Part shown: positions 41,096 through 60,076 of the stretch, piece by piece
How positions within the stretch are numbered: the stretch's first letter is position 1
How the letters are laid out: every line of letters begins with the position of its first letter
NCBI RefSeq assembly: GCF_009914755.1
Contig: NC_060931.1
Strand: one strand, 5' to 3'
DNA from: the human T2T-CHM13v2.0 reference genome, Homo sapiens
DNA length: 64,000 bases
The notes under the pieces: generated by a model
The model's input: the letters and a program-made list of their open reading frames with translations, nothing else
Databases searched by the model: none
Told to the model about the DNA's origin: nothing
Program-made: the position numbers and the translations under genes

Positions 41096-42579
41096 AGCTG
41101 AGGAGGTGGCAGCAGCAGCGACAGCAGTGGCCTTCTTCTTCTCGTAGCTTCCAAGTAAGGGATCGTTTTCCTCTTCTCAGACTCCAGACTCCAGAAGGTG
41201 ATTTTCTCCCCCTCGAGCTGGATTGCAGGACAGGGCCTCCACACCCACTGTGGTTTCCCGGCCTGCCCTCATGCTTTGTGTTGTGAAGACCGCCTGGGAC
41301 TACCGGGCAGGGTGTAGTAGGCACCATGGGGGAAGTGGGAGACAGGACACTGTGGGTGGAGGTGTCAGGAATGGGAACCAGCCCTTGGGTGGGGAGGGCT
41401 GGCTGGGTCTGAGTTTCTCCTACTCAGGCTCCCCAAGGAGGGCAGCCTTGGGGGGCCCAGCAATTCCTGGCCAGCTGGACTTGGCCAGGGGCCGGTTTCA
41501 GTGAAGGCACTCACTCCCACCCCAGGCCCCAGGTCCTGGCCAGCTTTTGCCAGAAGGAGAGGCTGGACTTTGGAAGGTGGGTGTGAGTGCCTTCAATGAA
41601 ACTGATCCTTGACACCCAGTCACCAGCATAACGAGGTGAGGCTCTAATGGTTCCAATCCCTGAGTCCTGTTCTGGGCTTTTCTGGCTTTGCCTGCCCAGC
41701 TGCTCCAAGCCAGGCTGAAGGAGGAGAAGGGGGAGTTGCCTGTGGTACGGTCAAGCAGATGATGTGGCTGTGCAGCTTGCCTCATGCAGTTGGTGGTGGA
41801 GATGGAGACCACAGCTCGACTGGAGTGGTAGGAGGGCACTCACGGGGGCCTGGTGGTAGGAGCCTGGTAGGGTGGGCTGGTACGTTGAGGGTGACTGGTT
41901 GTATTGGCATTGGCACAAGTGGTGGTAGCAGTAGGAAGTCTGGGGGCCAGGAAGGGGGAGTAGGAGCACTGCAGGGCCCATCCCATTCTGGGGTGGGGAG
42001 GAACCTGTGGGTGTTGTAACGAAGGTCTCGGTGGCAGTGGTGGTGGTACACCTAGGGCAAAGAGGAGTCCTCCCTCTTCTCCTGCAATCTCTGGAGTATG
42101 CCCTCCTCCTGCTTGTGCCTGAGCTAGGCGTGAGTGGCAGCATTATCTCATTCTTAACAAAATTTAGGGGGTGACTATTTGTGTATCCTTTTGCTTGTTC
42201 TCTGTTGTAATACTCTTGGAGTTACTCAAATTTTATGAATCGAGGAGGGGATAAAAGGTATCATAATAGGCCTTCCAATTCCCCACACCTGTTCTTTTTC
42301 CTTTCTTCCATTGTGTATTTTCTTCTCATTTTCTTGTTCCTCTTCATTTTCTTTTGCTACTGCTTCTATTTCATGTTTGTATTCTTGTTTCTCCTCCTGT
42401 TTTTGTTTTTTTATGCCAAGCAATGGCCTTAACAAACCAAAACTGAGTTAAAAATAAAATACTTGTCACTGTTGTATTTTTTAAATAACTGATCCCTTAC
42501 TATGTTTTAGAGATGAGGGAAAAAAAAGTCAGTTGTATAATTAGTTACTTGAATAGCTATGCTTTCATAATTGTGTTAA

Positions 42580-42710
42580 CCCACTTATGCCTAGTGTTCC
42601 ACACTAAGCATGTGGGAATTACTTATATCTTACTGCTAAATGTCATTGACAAGGTCTGATTTTTCACTTACGCAAAAATTCAAAAAATTGTAACCTCTGG
42701 CATAAATAGG
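42580..42710 (-). mobile_element. MER85 (piggyBac/PGBD3-derived MITE)
   Basis: TTAA|CCCACTTATGCCTAGTGTTCCA...AAGGTCTGATTTTTCAC..GCAAAAATTCAAAAAATTGTAACCTCTGGCATAAATAGG|CTAA; 131 bp. Confidence 0.88.
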
Positions 42711-43749
42711 CTAATGCGTTGTAAATGTTATTCAAGGAATCAAAAAATGAAGCATCACATAAAATATTGGTAGCAAACAGCCATTTTATCTCTCTCACAT
42801 ATTTTTTCTGGAGCTATGCAAGAGTCACAGGGGTAATAAGTTCTAATTTATGAGATGATCAATTGAACTGTATTCCTTTCAATTTTTTTCTCTGTCCCCA
42901 TTTTCAAGAGTATTGTCATCTGCATGAGCAAACCTGGTTCATCACCACAACTTTGCAAGAGGAAAAAGAAGGGGGGAGAGTCATATGTATAATGTTGTAA
43001 GGCAAAGATTCACAACCAAAAACAAGGTTTTATTAACTTTTGCCTTTAAGAACCTGCAATGTTTAGCCCTCTTTGATTCCTAGTGTTACTACCTTTGGTA
43101 TGAACTCTTTTTTTAAACTGATCACTGTAGAAGTTTATGCATTTTGTATCATTTTTCAAGCCAACAGAAATGTGTAAGGCCTATAATTCTGACACTTTTT
43201 AGTTATTTTTAAGGCTATGAGCATGTAAGATACTGTTGATATATGGAAGAATATGTATAAATACCACTAGGCAGCTTATTTTGAAGAGATAGTATCTAAA
43301 TTTTTGTCCAGAGTAGATTGGTTGCAGTTTCTTAGGTGTGTTTCTTAATACTTTGCCTCAGTGTTTTAAATCATGTAGAAATTTGAATACAGTTTAATTT
43401 CATATAGTCCTTTGTTTATAGGTTTAATATTTCTAAAGACTAAAGACATCACAGCTCCGTTTAAGATTCAGTAATATTAATAAAATTTTAGAAATACAGG
43501 GTTAGAATCCAACAAATTCAGAGGAAAATTGATAATTATATAGCTGTAGAGCAGGAATGAAACCCAGCTTCTAAGCTCTAAGGGGGCCATGAGGTACCAT
43601 ACAGGTGCATCAGTGACTGGGCAAAGATTCAGCAAAATTAAAGGATGGTTAAGAGAGTGAGCTGTGAAGCCCAACTCTAGGCAACATGAATTTTTAAACT
43701 GCATGGTGCCTCAGTTTATCCATCTTTACAGTGGGGACTGTAGTAAGTT

Positions 43750-44447
43750 TTTCTTTTTCTGCTCAGTTGTCTGTCTTGTTGCCACTGTTCCCTAGTCTGT
43801 CTTGTTGCCACTCAGTGCCCACATGAGAGGACCTAAGGTAATTTCTGACAGGCTGGGACTCCTTAAAGAAAAACAGAAGGTGCTACTAACCCCATTTTAG
43901 GAGAAACCTCTGTTGTCCTCATGGAACCCCAAGAACTTCAGGCAGACAGGTCTCTCTCAAAATCTAAGGCTCTCCTCTGTTTTGCTTTGCATTATCTGAC
44001 CTTTTAGGTTTCGGTGGGCATCAGAAATCAGTCGGGGAGAGAGATCTAAAGAAAGTTGTGGATATGAAGATGTATTTATGGTAAGAAAAGTTATGAAGGA
44101 AAGAAATGTTATATGAGAGAGGATCTTGTATGGCAAATTTTTGTCCTAAAGTAGAATGACTAATTATCAAAGAGGGAAATACAGGAGAAGTCACAAAGTT
44201 CATGTCATAGATGGTCTGTGGAAGTTGTGTTAGGGTTCATAAAATGAGAAAGAAAAACTTACAACTGCTAGATCTTTTCCTGTCTAGAAGTGTTGTGTAT
44301 GTGATGTATACATAAAGGAGCCCTAATTACTTGGCTTAGAAGAAAAGGAAGGGTCTTAACTATTTTGTCAGAAAAATAGAATCTCTAATGCCTTTTATTT
44401 CACATGACTTAGTAATCTTTGGGAAATAAAGACTGTGTTAAAATCAT
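43750..44447 (+). mobile_element. ERV1 (MER4-group-like) internal fragment
   Basis: GGACCTAAGGTAATTTCTGACAGGCTGGGACTCC...GAGAAACCTCTGTTGTCCTCATGGAACCCCAAGAA...CTCAAAATCTAAGGCTCT; ends abruptly at a half-Alu. Confidence 0.6.
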
Positions 44448-44572
44448 TTTTTAGTAGAGACAGGGTTTCTTCGTATTGGTCAGGCTGGTCTCGAACTCCC
44501 AACCTCAGGTGATCCGCCCATCTTGGCCTCCCAAAGTACTGGGATTACAGGCGTGAGCCACTGCACCTGGCC
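44448..44572 (-). mobile_element. AluS left monomer only (truncated at the middle A-rich linker)
   Basis: TTTTTAGTAGAGACAGGGTTTC...CACCTGGCC with no right arm. Confidence 0.85.
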
Positions 44573-44708
44573 TACAAATAGGTTAAATTATTTTGTAAAT
44601 TAGCTGTTGTTTGTTTTGCCTACTCTCAGACTTCTGGATTTTTTTTTAAGTATGAAGGATTTCAATTGTTATATTAATATAAAAGCTTAGATAAATAGCA
44701 CAAACATG

Positions 44709-46108
<1,400 letters not shown>

Positions 46109-46315
46109 TTAAAAGCATTTCTTTAAAAAAAAAAATTCTGTTTGTTGGGATTTGGGGGAGGAAGAGAGAGTAAATATGGGATTGGTTCATCCTAGATAGC
46201 ACTCGTGGTTCTAGATAGTGTTAGAATGCAATAATGTTTTAATTTATATATGCAGGGAATTTTGGAGTAGTTTCAATCCTAGGAAAAAACTCTGAGTTAC
46301 AAATATGGAAAGATT

Positions 46316-46731
<416 letters not shown>

Positions 46732-46898
46732 TTAAGTAGATTAGTCAGGAGTAAAGGAAAAGTCAAGATTCCCAACTTATTTGGATTTCTTTCCCCCATT
46801 ACGGTGTACTCAAGGAACAAAATTTGGGCTGTTTGGCTGTTTTTATTCTTTGTTATACACAAATAAACTGATATAAAAACCAAATATATTGAGGTTAC

Positions 46899-47208
<310 letters not shown>

Positions 47209-47932
47209 GAAGTTTACATTTTTCTAGGAAAATTTGACTCAGATTTATGATGAGAGTCACCTTTATGCTTATAGATTGCCCCTTTACCCCATACTTGGTT
47301 GAACTGACAGACATTCTTCTTGCCATTATCACTGTCATACACTGTTCACATTCAGAGTAATTTGTTTTAGGCAATTCACTTCCTTTGGCAATAACACAGA
47401 GATTTATGTAATTTTGAAAATGTTTAAGTAGTCATCATCATGACTTTGAGTTTCTGTTCAAAGATGTTTAACTTTGCATTACTTTTAAGATTTTTAAATT
47501 CATTTTTAATACAATAACTTTTATGTATTTGGAGGTATTTGGAATGAAATCAAAACTTGTGCTATCTAGGAGTTATAACCTAAAATATGCAGAATGTAAA
47601 TATACCTGATGTAGGAGTATATACATTCTGTTGAGGGGGGAGAAAGAAGTTACTTTATATTCACACAAAATCATTTTAACGCATGAAGGAGGATATGCTA
47701 TTTTAAAATCTTATCTTTCACTAATTATAAGTAATACATTATTTTTTATATATACTGAAATTGAAAGAACCACTTCCTGGATGTAATCTACTGAGTTTGT
47801 TGCATATTCTTGCAGTTTTTTTTTCTGTGTTTGTATAATTTTCTATAATATGGGATCATAATATACTATTCTTTTGTATACTACTGTTCCAAGTTTGTCT
47901 ATTTATTTCAGAGTTAACTCTATCAATCATTA

Positions 47933-48265
<333 letters not shown>

Positions 48266-48690
48266 GAAAATACCATAATTTGCTTAATCAACTTATGGTC
48301 ACTGGATTTTTATTTTTTTGCCAGAAAAACAAAGCTGTAAACAGTTGCGTGTGTGTATGAATATTTATGCACATGTACATATGTATATGTATTTTGTGTA
48401 CTTGTACAAACAGCTTGGTAGGATAGATTCCTAGAAGTGGAGTTGCTGAAATCAAAAGATGTGAATAATGTAGATATGGATAGATATTTATACATTTTCT
48501 TTCCAAAAGGTTGTTGTACCAATTTGTAAAGCTACCAGTAGTATTCAGGTATGCCCCATACCCTGGCCAATACTAGATATTACAGTTTCAGACATTTTGA
48601 CAATTTAGGAACTGAAAAAATGTGATTCTGATTGGTGTTTTATAAATCACTATTGAGGCTGAACATTTTTTAATATGGAGAGAGTTATAT

Positions 48691-49729
<1,039 letters not shown>

Positions 49730-49799
49730 TTATTCACTTTTTTTTGTACGTGTGCACATATCCCCCTAGCTATTCTTTTGTAATGTTATGTAGTCAGAT

Positions 49800-49950
49800 A
49801 AATCCAAACCCAGCACTGTGCTGCTGTGGGACTTTGGGCACATTATTTAACCTCTGTACACCTTCATTTCCTTATTTGTAAAATGAAGATAATGTAAATA
49901 GCATTAGGCATAGTGGCTGGCACAAAGTAAGTAAGTAATAAATGTTAGTT
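49800..49950 (+). mobile_element. MIR
   Basis: ACTTTGGGCACATTATTTAACCTCTGT..CTTCATTTCCTTATTTGTAAAATGAAGATAAT...GGCACAAAGTAAG..AATAAATGTTAG. Confidence 0.7.
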
Positions 49951-50989
49951 GTGACTCTTATTAATTTATTTATGTGACTTTTGTGTTTTGTGCTCTACTT
50001 AAGACTTTCCTTGCTCCAAAATGTAAAATATTCACCTATCTACTAAACTAGAAAAACAAAGTGAGGAACATTGTATGCCTCTATGTGTCTTTGCTTTAAA
50101 GATGAAAAACAATGTATACATTTTTGCTTGTGTATCACAGGATATATGATACTTACAAACATTGGTTGTCATAGTAAGAAGAATGAGTGAGAGGAGGACT
50201 TTTTAACTGCATGCCTTTGTGTATTTTTAAAACAAAGAAGTCCCCAGAGTGTATTTAATACTTCAATGGTTTCTTTTTTCCTTTTCCTTCTCTTTTTAAA
50301 ACTTCTAATTCTTTGATCCATCTGGAATTTATTTCTTGTATAAGAAGTGAGACATATTTTGGGGGATAAAATTGTGTGTGAATTCTACCCCAACTAGCTA
50401 GTTGTGTCAGCACCATTTAGTGAATAATCTGTTTTTTGCCCCACTATTAGAATTGCAGCTTTTGTCATTTACTAAATGTGTTTGGGACTATTTCTGATTG
50501 GTCTTGTTATTTTGGTCTCTTGTGTATTACCATACACTTTAAATTACTATCATTTTATAATTTTAATACAGATGGGGTTAGTTACCTGTTCATTACTCTT
50601 TTTTTCAGACTTTGACAATTCTGGTCTATGTGTTCTTCTAGATGAACTTTAGAATCATTCTGTGACATTCAAAAAGAAATCATAGAGATTTTTATTGAAT
50701 ACTGAATATTGATTGGGAATACTGAAATTGTAGGTGAAGTTTGGGGAAATTGACATCTTTATGTACTTTCTGTCCTGTGTTCTAATAGATTTTTATCTCT
50801 CAATAGATTTTCAAACTTTGCTTTAAATGAGTCCTGTACAAATAAGTCTTGTATATTTCTTGTTTATTTATTTTAAAAAACATCAGACCCATGAATGGGA
50901 GTTTGTTTGTTTATTTTATTGAACAAATATTATAGAGAATCAAACAGGTAGTTTTTATTCTAGTGAGAGAAGACAGAATATACTCAAAT

Positions 50990-51520
50990 AAAATGAAGTA
51001 TGTAATCCATTTCAGATTATGATAAACCTATAAAGGAACCAAAAGGGTGATGAGATTGAGAGTAACTCGTGGGAGCTTACCTTTTATGTAAGGTGGTTGG
51101 AAAGACCCTTCTGAGATGACATTTGAACTGAGACCTTAAGTTTGAGGAGGAGCTAGCTACCTGAATGAGGCAGGAACAGCATTCCTGGCAGAGAGTAAAG
51201 AAGGACAAGGGCCCAGCTAGGAAGGACCTGGCAGAGAAGGGCTCCTGAAGAAACTGAAAGGAAACTCATGTTCCTGGGGCCTAGTGAGCAATCTGGAAAG
51301 TAAGCAGGCCAAATCAAGTAGGGCCTTGGGTCATCGTAAGTAGTTGAGACTTTATTTGCAGTGCGTAGGAAATCCTTGGGGAATCTGAAGCAGGAGAGTG
51401 ACATGTTCTGATTTAAGGTTAAAAAAGAACACTTGGCTTTTGGAGTTGAGAAATTATTGAAGTGGGAAGCCCAGTTAGGAGTTTTTGCAGCAAGAGGTAA
51501 GGATGGTGGTAGTTACATGG
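50990..51520 (-). mobile_element. L2 fragment
   Basis: GGAAAGACCCTTCTGAGATGACATTTGAACTGAGACCT; GCATTCCTGGCAGAG; GAAGCAGGAGAGTGACATGTTCTGATTT. Confidence 0.65.
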
Positions 51521-51541
51521 AGAGGCCTGGGAAGTTTCAGA

Positions 51542-51544
<3 letters not shown>

Positions 51545-51583
<39 letters not shown>
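51545..51583. repeat. (TG)n microsatellite, ~19 units
   Basis: Directly visible. Confidence 0.97.
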
Positions 51584-51585
<2 letters not shown>

Positions 51586-52217
51586 GGAACAGCTAAACAA
51601 CTTGCTGTTGGAGTGGGTGCTACTGAGAGCTAAGTACTGCTAGCTGCTGCAGAGGCCGTGTAGAGCAGAACAGAGCTGATCTTTGCCTTCACAGGTGTTT
51701 GATAGTTCTATTTGTTTCTAAAGTGTGTACCAAAATAAAGTAGGCTAAGAGCATTTGACTTTAAGATTTATGGAGCTCTGGGGTGTTGAGAGGGGTGCAG
51801 CAAAAAACACAGTCTGTTAATAACCCTTGTTTTATATTGCTTAATAACCTGTAGTCTCTGTTAGTGGGTCAAAGGGGAGGCAGCAGCAGATGATCTTTAA
51901 GGTATCTGTCTTTGAGTTAGAAAAACGTAGCTTGAGGAAGTTATGTAGCCTCCCTACAGCCTTAGAGCTAATAGTGGAACCAGACTTTTAGGTGAGCTCA
52001 TGCACACACTAAGTCTTAGCACACTGCCTAGTATATATCTAGAACTCAATAAATGGTAACTTTTAGTAATATCCACTTAGATATTGTTATATCTATTAAT
52101 TCAGGCCAAATATCTACATTAAAATTTTTCTTATCTCAATTTCTTTGTTCTTCTTTTGTGTTAATCAAGGAGGGAATTGGCATGTAGTCATCCATTTTGC
52201 TTGTGAAATATGTTTGT

Positions 52218-52823
<606 letters not shown>

Positions 52824-53012
52824 GGTTTTGAAATATATTTGTTCTTATAAGTTGAGTGAGTGAGTGTTATTCAGTTCAGAGAATTAGTTCAATGTAGTGC
52901 CGACATACTACAGAGTTCTCAGTTGGATATTGTTACATTGTACTGCTGTCTTGGGACACCACTTTATGTAGAGGTAAAGTAACATCATTTTTCTTTCATT
53001 TAAGAATTATGT

Positions 53013-53310
53013 ATTTATTATTATTTTTTGAGATAGAGTCTTGTTCTGTTGCTCAGGCTGGAGTGCAGTGGCATGATCTTGTCTCACTGCAACCTCTACC
53101 TCCTCAGTTCAAGTGATTCTCATGCTCAGCCTCCTGAGTAGCTGGGATTACAGACATGTGCCACCATGCCCGGTTAGTTTTTGTATTTTTAGTGTAGACG
53201 GGGTTTCGCCTTTTTGGCCAGGCTGGTCTCAAACTCCTGGCTTCTAGTGATCCACTTGCCTCGGCCTCCCAAAGTGCTGGGATTACAGCCATAAGCCACT
53301 GTGCCTGGCC
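53013..53310 (-). mobile_element. AluS
   Basis: Full antisense Alu. Confidence 0.9.
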
Positions 53311-54090
53311 AGAATTACTTATTGAATATGTGTACCCATAGATTTATCAAATAATTATATCCTTATTAAAATTTTTCTTTCAGTATCATACTTTATAAGA
53401 GGTAGGATAGGTTAACTAAAAAGCTTTTTTCTTCAGCTTCCATTTGTTTCTCTGTCTTTAAGTAAGATGTCATGATGTCAAAAGAGGCTGCAAATAAAAT
53501 ACCTTGTCAATGGCAATCCCCCAGATTAGATCCTAACCAAAAGGCTGAGAAGCAGTAGCTTTTTTCCCCACAAAGGGAAGAAAGCTTTAGTTTATTTTAC
53601 AGGAGAAAATTTATTCCAGTATAGCACCACTCTGGTCTTGTACAAATTACAGAATTCACTTAGATAATTTCTAGTCTCTCCTCTCCTGGATGCTGGACTC
53701 TGTAATAAGTTTAGGAGGTCGGCTTTCTTTAAATTATCCCCAGGTTGGAGGATTTTAGGTGTCGGGATGCCCGGGGTGGTGGTCCTTCTTAGCCTTGTCT
53801 TGCCTAACATACTTTTAGAATTGGTCTAGAGCTGGACAGCTTTGTGGGACCTGGTGTGACCTGATTTGCTTCAGTTTAATAACTAATATTTTAGCATTTG
53901 AATGTCATAGAGGCATTGCCCTATCCCATACTTTTGTATCAGGAGGTTTTATTATTTTATCAGTTAAAAATTGCATATTTTGTAGGATCCTTCTTCTGCT
54001 TTGGTGAAATGTGGGCTTCACCTGTATTGTGACGCTTGGTGGATTCGTTCTTGCTCATCTGAAGTGGCATCTGTGGTTCTGCCACAGTGA

Positions 54091-54398
<308 letters not shown>

Positions 54399-55786
54399 CA
54401 TTTTTAGCTTTTTTTCCAAGATAGCTTAGGCCACCTTGAACTTTGCATAACACATTTTGGTTATGCAAAGGTTGTGGGCCAAAAGCCAGGAGTTCCTGCT
54501 GAGAGGAAAAATTGCTTCTTTTTTGGCAGGATAGTATTTGAAATTTTGTTGTTGCAAGATTTTCCTGTTGAGTAAATATGTGTGTGTTTATTTAGTATGA
54601 GAAGATTTAAAAAGGAACTTAAATAGATCAATTTCATTTTGCAATATTGTGTTACCTGTTTGCAATATGTAAGAGGCTAGTTCTGGGTTTATCTGTATAA
54701 TTCAGTTAGAAGTGCTATTGTCTTTTATGACAGTGATGTATAATTATCACTATATTGTTCTCATCCTAAAACATTATATGTTGATATTTAAGAGATGAGG
54801 AAGTTGCTTATAAAATCTTGATCAGATTTCTTGAACAATTCATAGAATTTTTTTAGTTCATGAGTCAACCATGTAACTACCCTGAGTTAATGAGTTTTGG
54901 TGCTAAGAACTGAAATTATAATTTGATACTGCCACTTAAGGTGCTCCCTTCCCCTTCAGTCTGAACTTTAGATTCTTTCATTTCAGTAGGTTTCAAATGT
55001 AAAGTATTCTGCCAAGGTATCTTAGTGAGCCAGGACTGGAGTGAAGGGTGGAGGGAGGGATGGGGAAGGGCAGGGGGAGACTGAAAAGATGAATCCTAGG
55101 TCTTCCATTCTCACTAGATCAGAATGTTTCCCCATTGTACCTTTTGCACATTTAGCTTTCATTTAAGACTTTTGAGGAAAACATTCTGGTTAAAAAACAA
55201 GATCTGAGCACTGTTGCCATGTATCTCGTGGATAAGTTTTGAGGAAGGAGGTTGTAGTGGTCTCCAGGCTGCAGTTCATGTGAGGACAGGAAGGGCTTGC
55301 TTTGACCTGTAAATTTGTATGCTAGTAGGGGCTAATTTCCTGATTTTGCTAGTTTTTTTTTTTCCTTCTGTATTTGGCGAATAGTACTTTTAAATAAAAC
55401 TGACTTTTTTGTTTTTTTTGAGATAATAAAGTTAAACTTCATTAAAGTCATACCACAAAACCAGGAAAACAGGAAGGATTACTGAGACGAGGGAAAAAAT
55501 GGAGAAGTCACTTAACTTGTGACTTTGAGTGACATTGAGTGTAATTGTTGAACTCAGGACTTACCATAGTTGAAAGTTAAACAAAGTGCAATAAAAAATT
55601 GTACCTCATGGGTTTCTAATCATTTAGGCCACTGTTAGAAAAAAATGGGATGACCCTGGGTTAAAATCTTTTTTTTTTGCCTCTGCATTCCATTTATAGC
55701 TTTATTTATTTGGGATGTCTGAGTTGGGAGGAGAGTGCAGAGATAGATCACTTAAAGCATGTTTTAGGACAGCAGATCAGAATTAG

Positions 55787-56644
<858 letters not shown>

Positions 56645-57192
56645 TAACTGGGTAGCAGCTGGAGGAGAAGGGTGAGGAGATTTTTCACTTTGTATTCTGT
56701 GGTACTTTTAAAAACTCTTAAGTCCTGCATATAATGTTTATTTCCAAAAAGATCAACCCTCCCCACAATGCCACATGTTGGCTTTTCCCCTTCCACCTGG
56801 AGCAGTTGCAGATGTATAGATGAGGAGAAAGTTCCTCAGGTGGTTTTAATGTGTGGTCTCATGGAACATCTCAGCTCCTCCTCAGTTCACTACTTGCTGA
56901 GAAAGCCGCAAAGCATTGCAAAAAACATTAGTTTTTCCCATTTTGCCACAGACAATTTTGTGATATTGGAGGAATTATTGACTTTCTCTGATCTTCACAT
57001 TCCTCACCTGTCAAATCAGTGTTAGTTGGGTAATCTCAACCTTCCAATCCTTAAGATTTGCTGACCTCCATGCCTCGGGCCTTGGAAGGGAGCAGGGAGA
57101 AATCAAACTGAGGGACATCTGGTCAGTCTTCTGACTCTTCTCCTGGTCAGCTTTCACAACAGCAGGAAACGTGACATCAGGAGAAAGGATGA

Positions 57193-58175
<983 letters not shown>

Positions 58176-59022
58176 ATAAGTTTTGTTTTAAAGTTAGATT
58201 GAATGACAATTCCCTAGAAAATTTTATTTTCTAAACCTAACTGGATAAAGAATATATTGATAAAAACTGGGAATTTGATCAATTTGTCATACTGAATTAT
58301 TTTTTGAATTTGCCCTCTTCCCAAATACCTTGAAGTGATGGAAACAAAATTAAAACTTTACTAATAAAGTATTAAATGGGTGGAGATTTTATATATATAA
58401 AATTATATGTTATATTTTTATGTATACAATTATATAATTTTCATCTTATATTTAAATTCTATTTTTTAAAACCACCCAATTAGGTAATAATAGAACTCCG
58501 GTCTTAAAGTAAGAGTGTATGTACACACATGCACATGTGTATATGTGTATATAAAATTTTTGTCATGGGAGTTTTATATATAATTAAGATAGAAATTATA
58601 TATTATGGCACACATTTCTATACATACGTAATATTCTCTACCGTATGTATGTAAAATACTCCCATATTAATTATGTGTAACATAAATATTTGTGTTATCC
58701 TGAAACATAAACATAGATAATCATGTTTTAGGATGGGAATACTCAGGAGTATAAGGGTACCTGTTCTCCCATTAGTCAGTCTGTGAATTCAATATTTATG
58801 TGTTCTCATCCAGAATTTCTCTGGGACCTGACAAGCTGACTCTGATGCTTGTGTGTAAGAGGAAATGTGCTAGAATAGCTGGGAAGGTGGTGAAAGTAGC
58901 AGCAACAACAAAGCACAGTGAGGTGAAACTTGCCCTGCTGGATATGAAACCTCGTAATACCAGAGTAATTTGAAAAGTGTGGCATTGGCACAAGAAAAGA
59001 CAGACAAATCAAATTAGTCTAG

Positions 59023-59401
<379 letters not shown>

Positions 59402-59898
59402 TAACAAATGTCCATCTACCTACCATCTGTGATTACAAAACTTAGTATTTGATCATCCTTGCTTCAGAATTATTTAATAAAGACAATACTTCCTCTGTAC
59501 AAATGCTTACCTTAAAACTACTCTTGAATTCTTTTCACAATTGACTTATCAACTCCCAAATTTAAAACCATGTATTTTTGTCTTTATATTCCTCAGACGT
59601 TTATAGAAAGGTATTTACTGAGCAGTTACTATGTGCCAGATATTATGCTGTTTTTTATATACTGGTTTTACTTTATATAGCTAATTATATTATTTGTCAC
59701 ATATTAACCTATTTTAAATATGAAAAGAAGTGACGTATTAATGTTTTCAAACCTTGGTAACTTTTATTAAGTAAATACTTGAGAGGAAGCTTTTACTGGT
59801 AATTGTGGTTTTATTTATGTAGCTGTAGTTATAATTTATTAGAAGTACACTTGGTGTTTTAGTTCTTATTAATTCTATTTTTTTCCCATCCTGTTGAG

Positions 59899-60076
59899 AT
59901 GGTTTCCTAGAAACATGATTGTTTATTGGCGTTGATCTTACAGTCTGGTGAGGACTTCTTTACTGATAATGTCAAGTTCAGGTTATCCTCCCAACCAAGG
60001 AGCATTCAGCACAGAATAAAGTTGTTATCCTCCTCACTCTGTAAAGTATACATTTCCCAGCACCTGCCACCAGCAG
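59899..60076 (+). pseudogene. NCOR1P: Unprocessed NCOR1 pseudogene: copy of the first coding exon (exon 2), within paralogous introns
   Basis: ATG at 59969 gives MSSSGYPPNQGAFSTE*SCYPPHSVKYTFPSTCHQQ versus NCOR1 MSSSGYPPNQGAFSTEQSRYPPHSVQYTFPNTRHQQ. TAA at 60017-60019; donor CAG|GTAAGG after 60076; pyrimidine tract and AG at 59897-59898. Which numbered paralogue it is cannot be determined here. Confidence 0.93.

Larger units (their letters stand above)
39700..42140. repeat. REP522-like largely palindromic interspersed/satellite repeat
   Basis: Nested inverted arms (39728-39830 vs 40367-40466; 39902-40013 vs 40036-40145), GC-rich, at a duplicon junction. Consistent with the description of REP522. 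The name comes from recall, not alignment, and boundaries are approximate. Confidence 0.65.

Noticed and set aside
42290-42460. Polypyrimidine tract, AG and AATAAA as a terminal exon for the repeat promoter
   Set aside because: Low-complexity sequence; cannot be distinguished from chance without transcript data.
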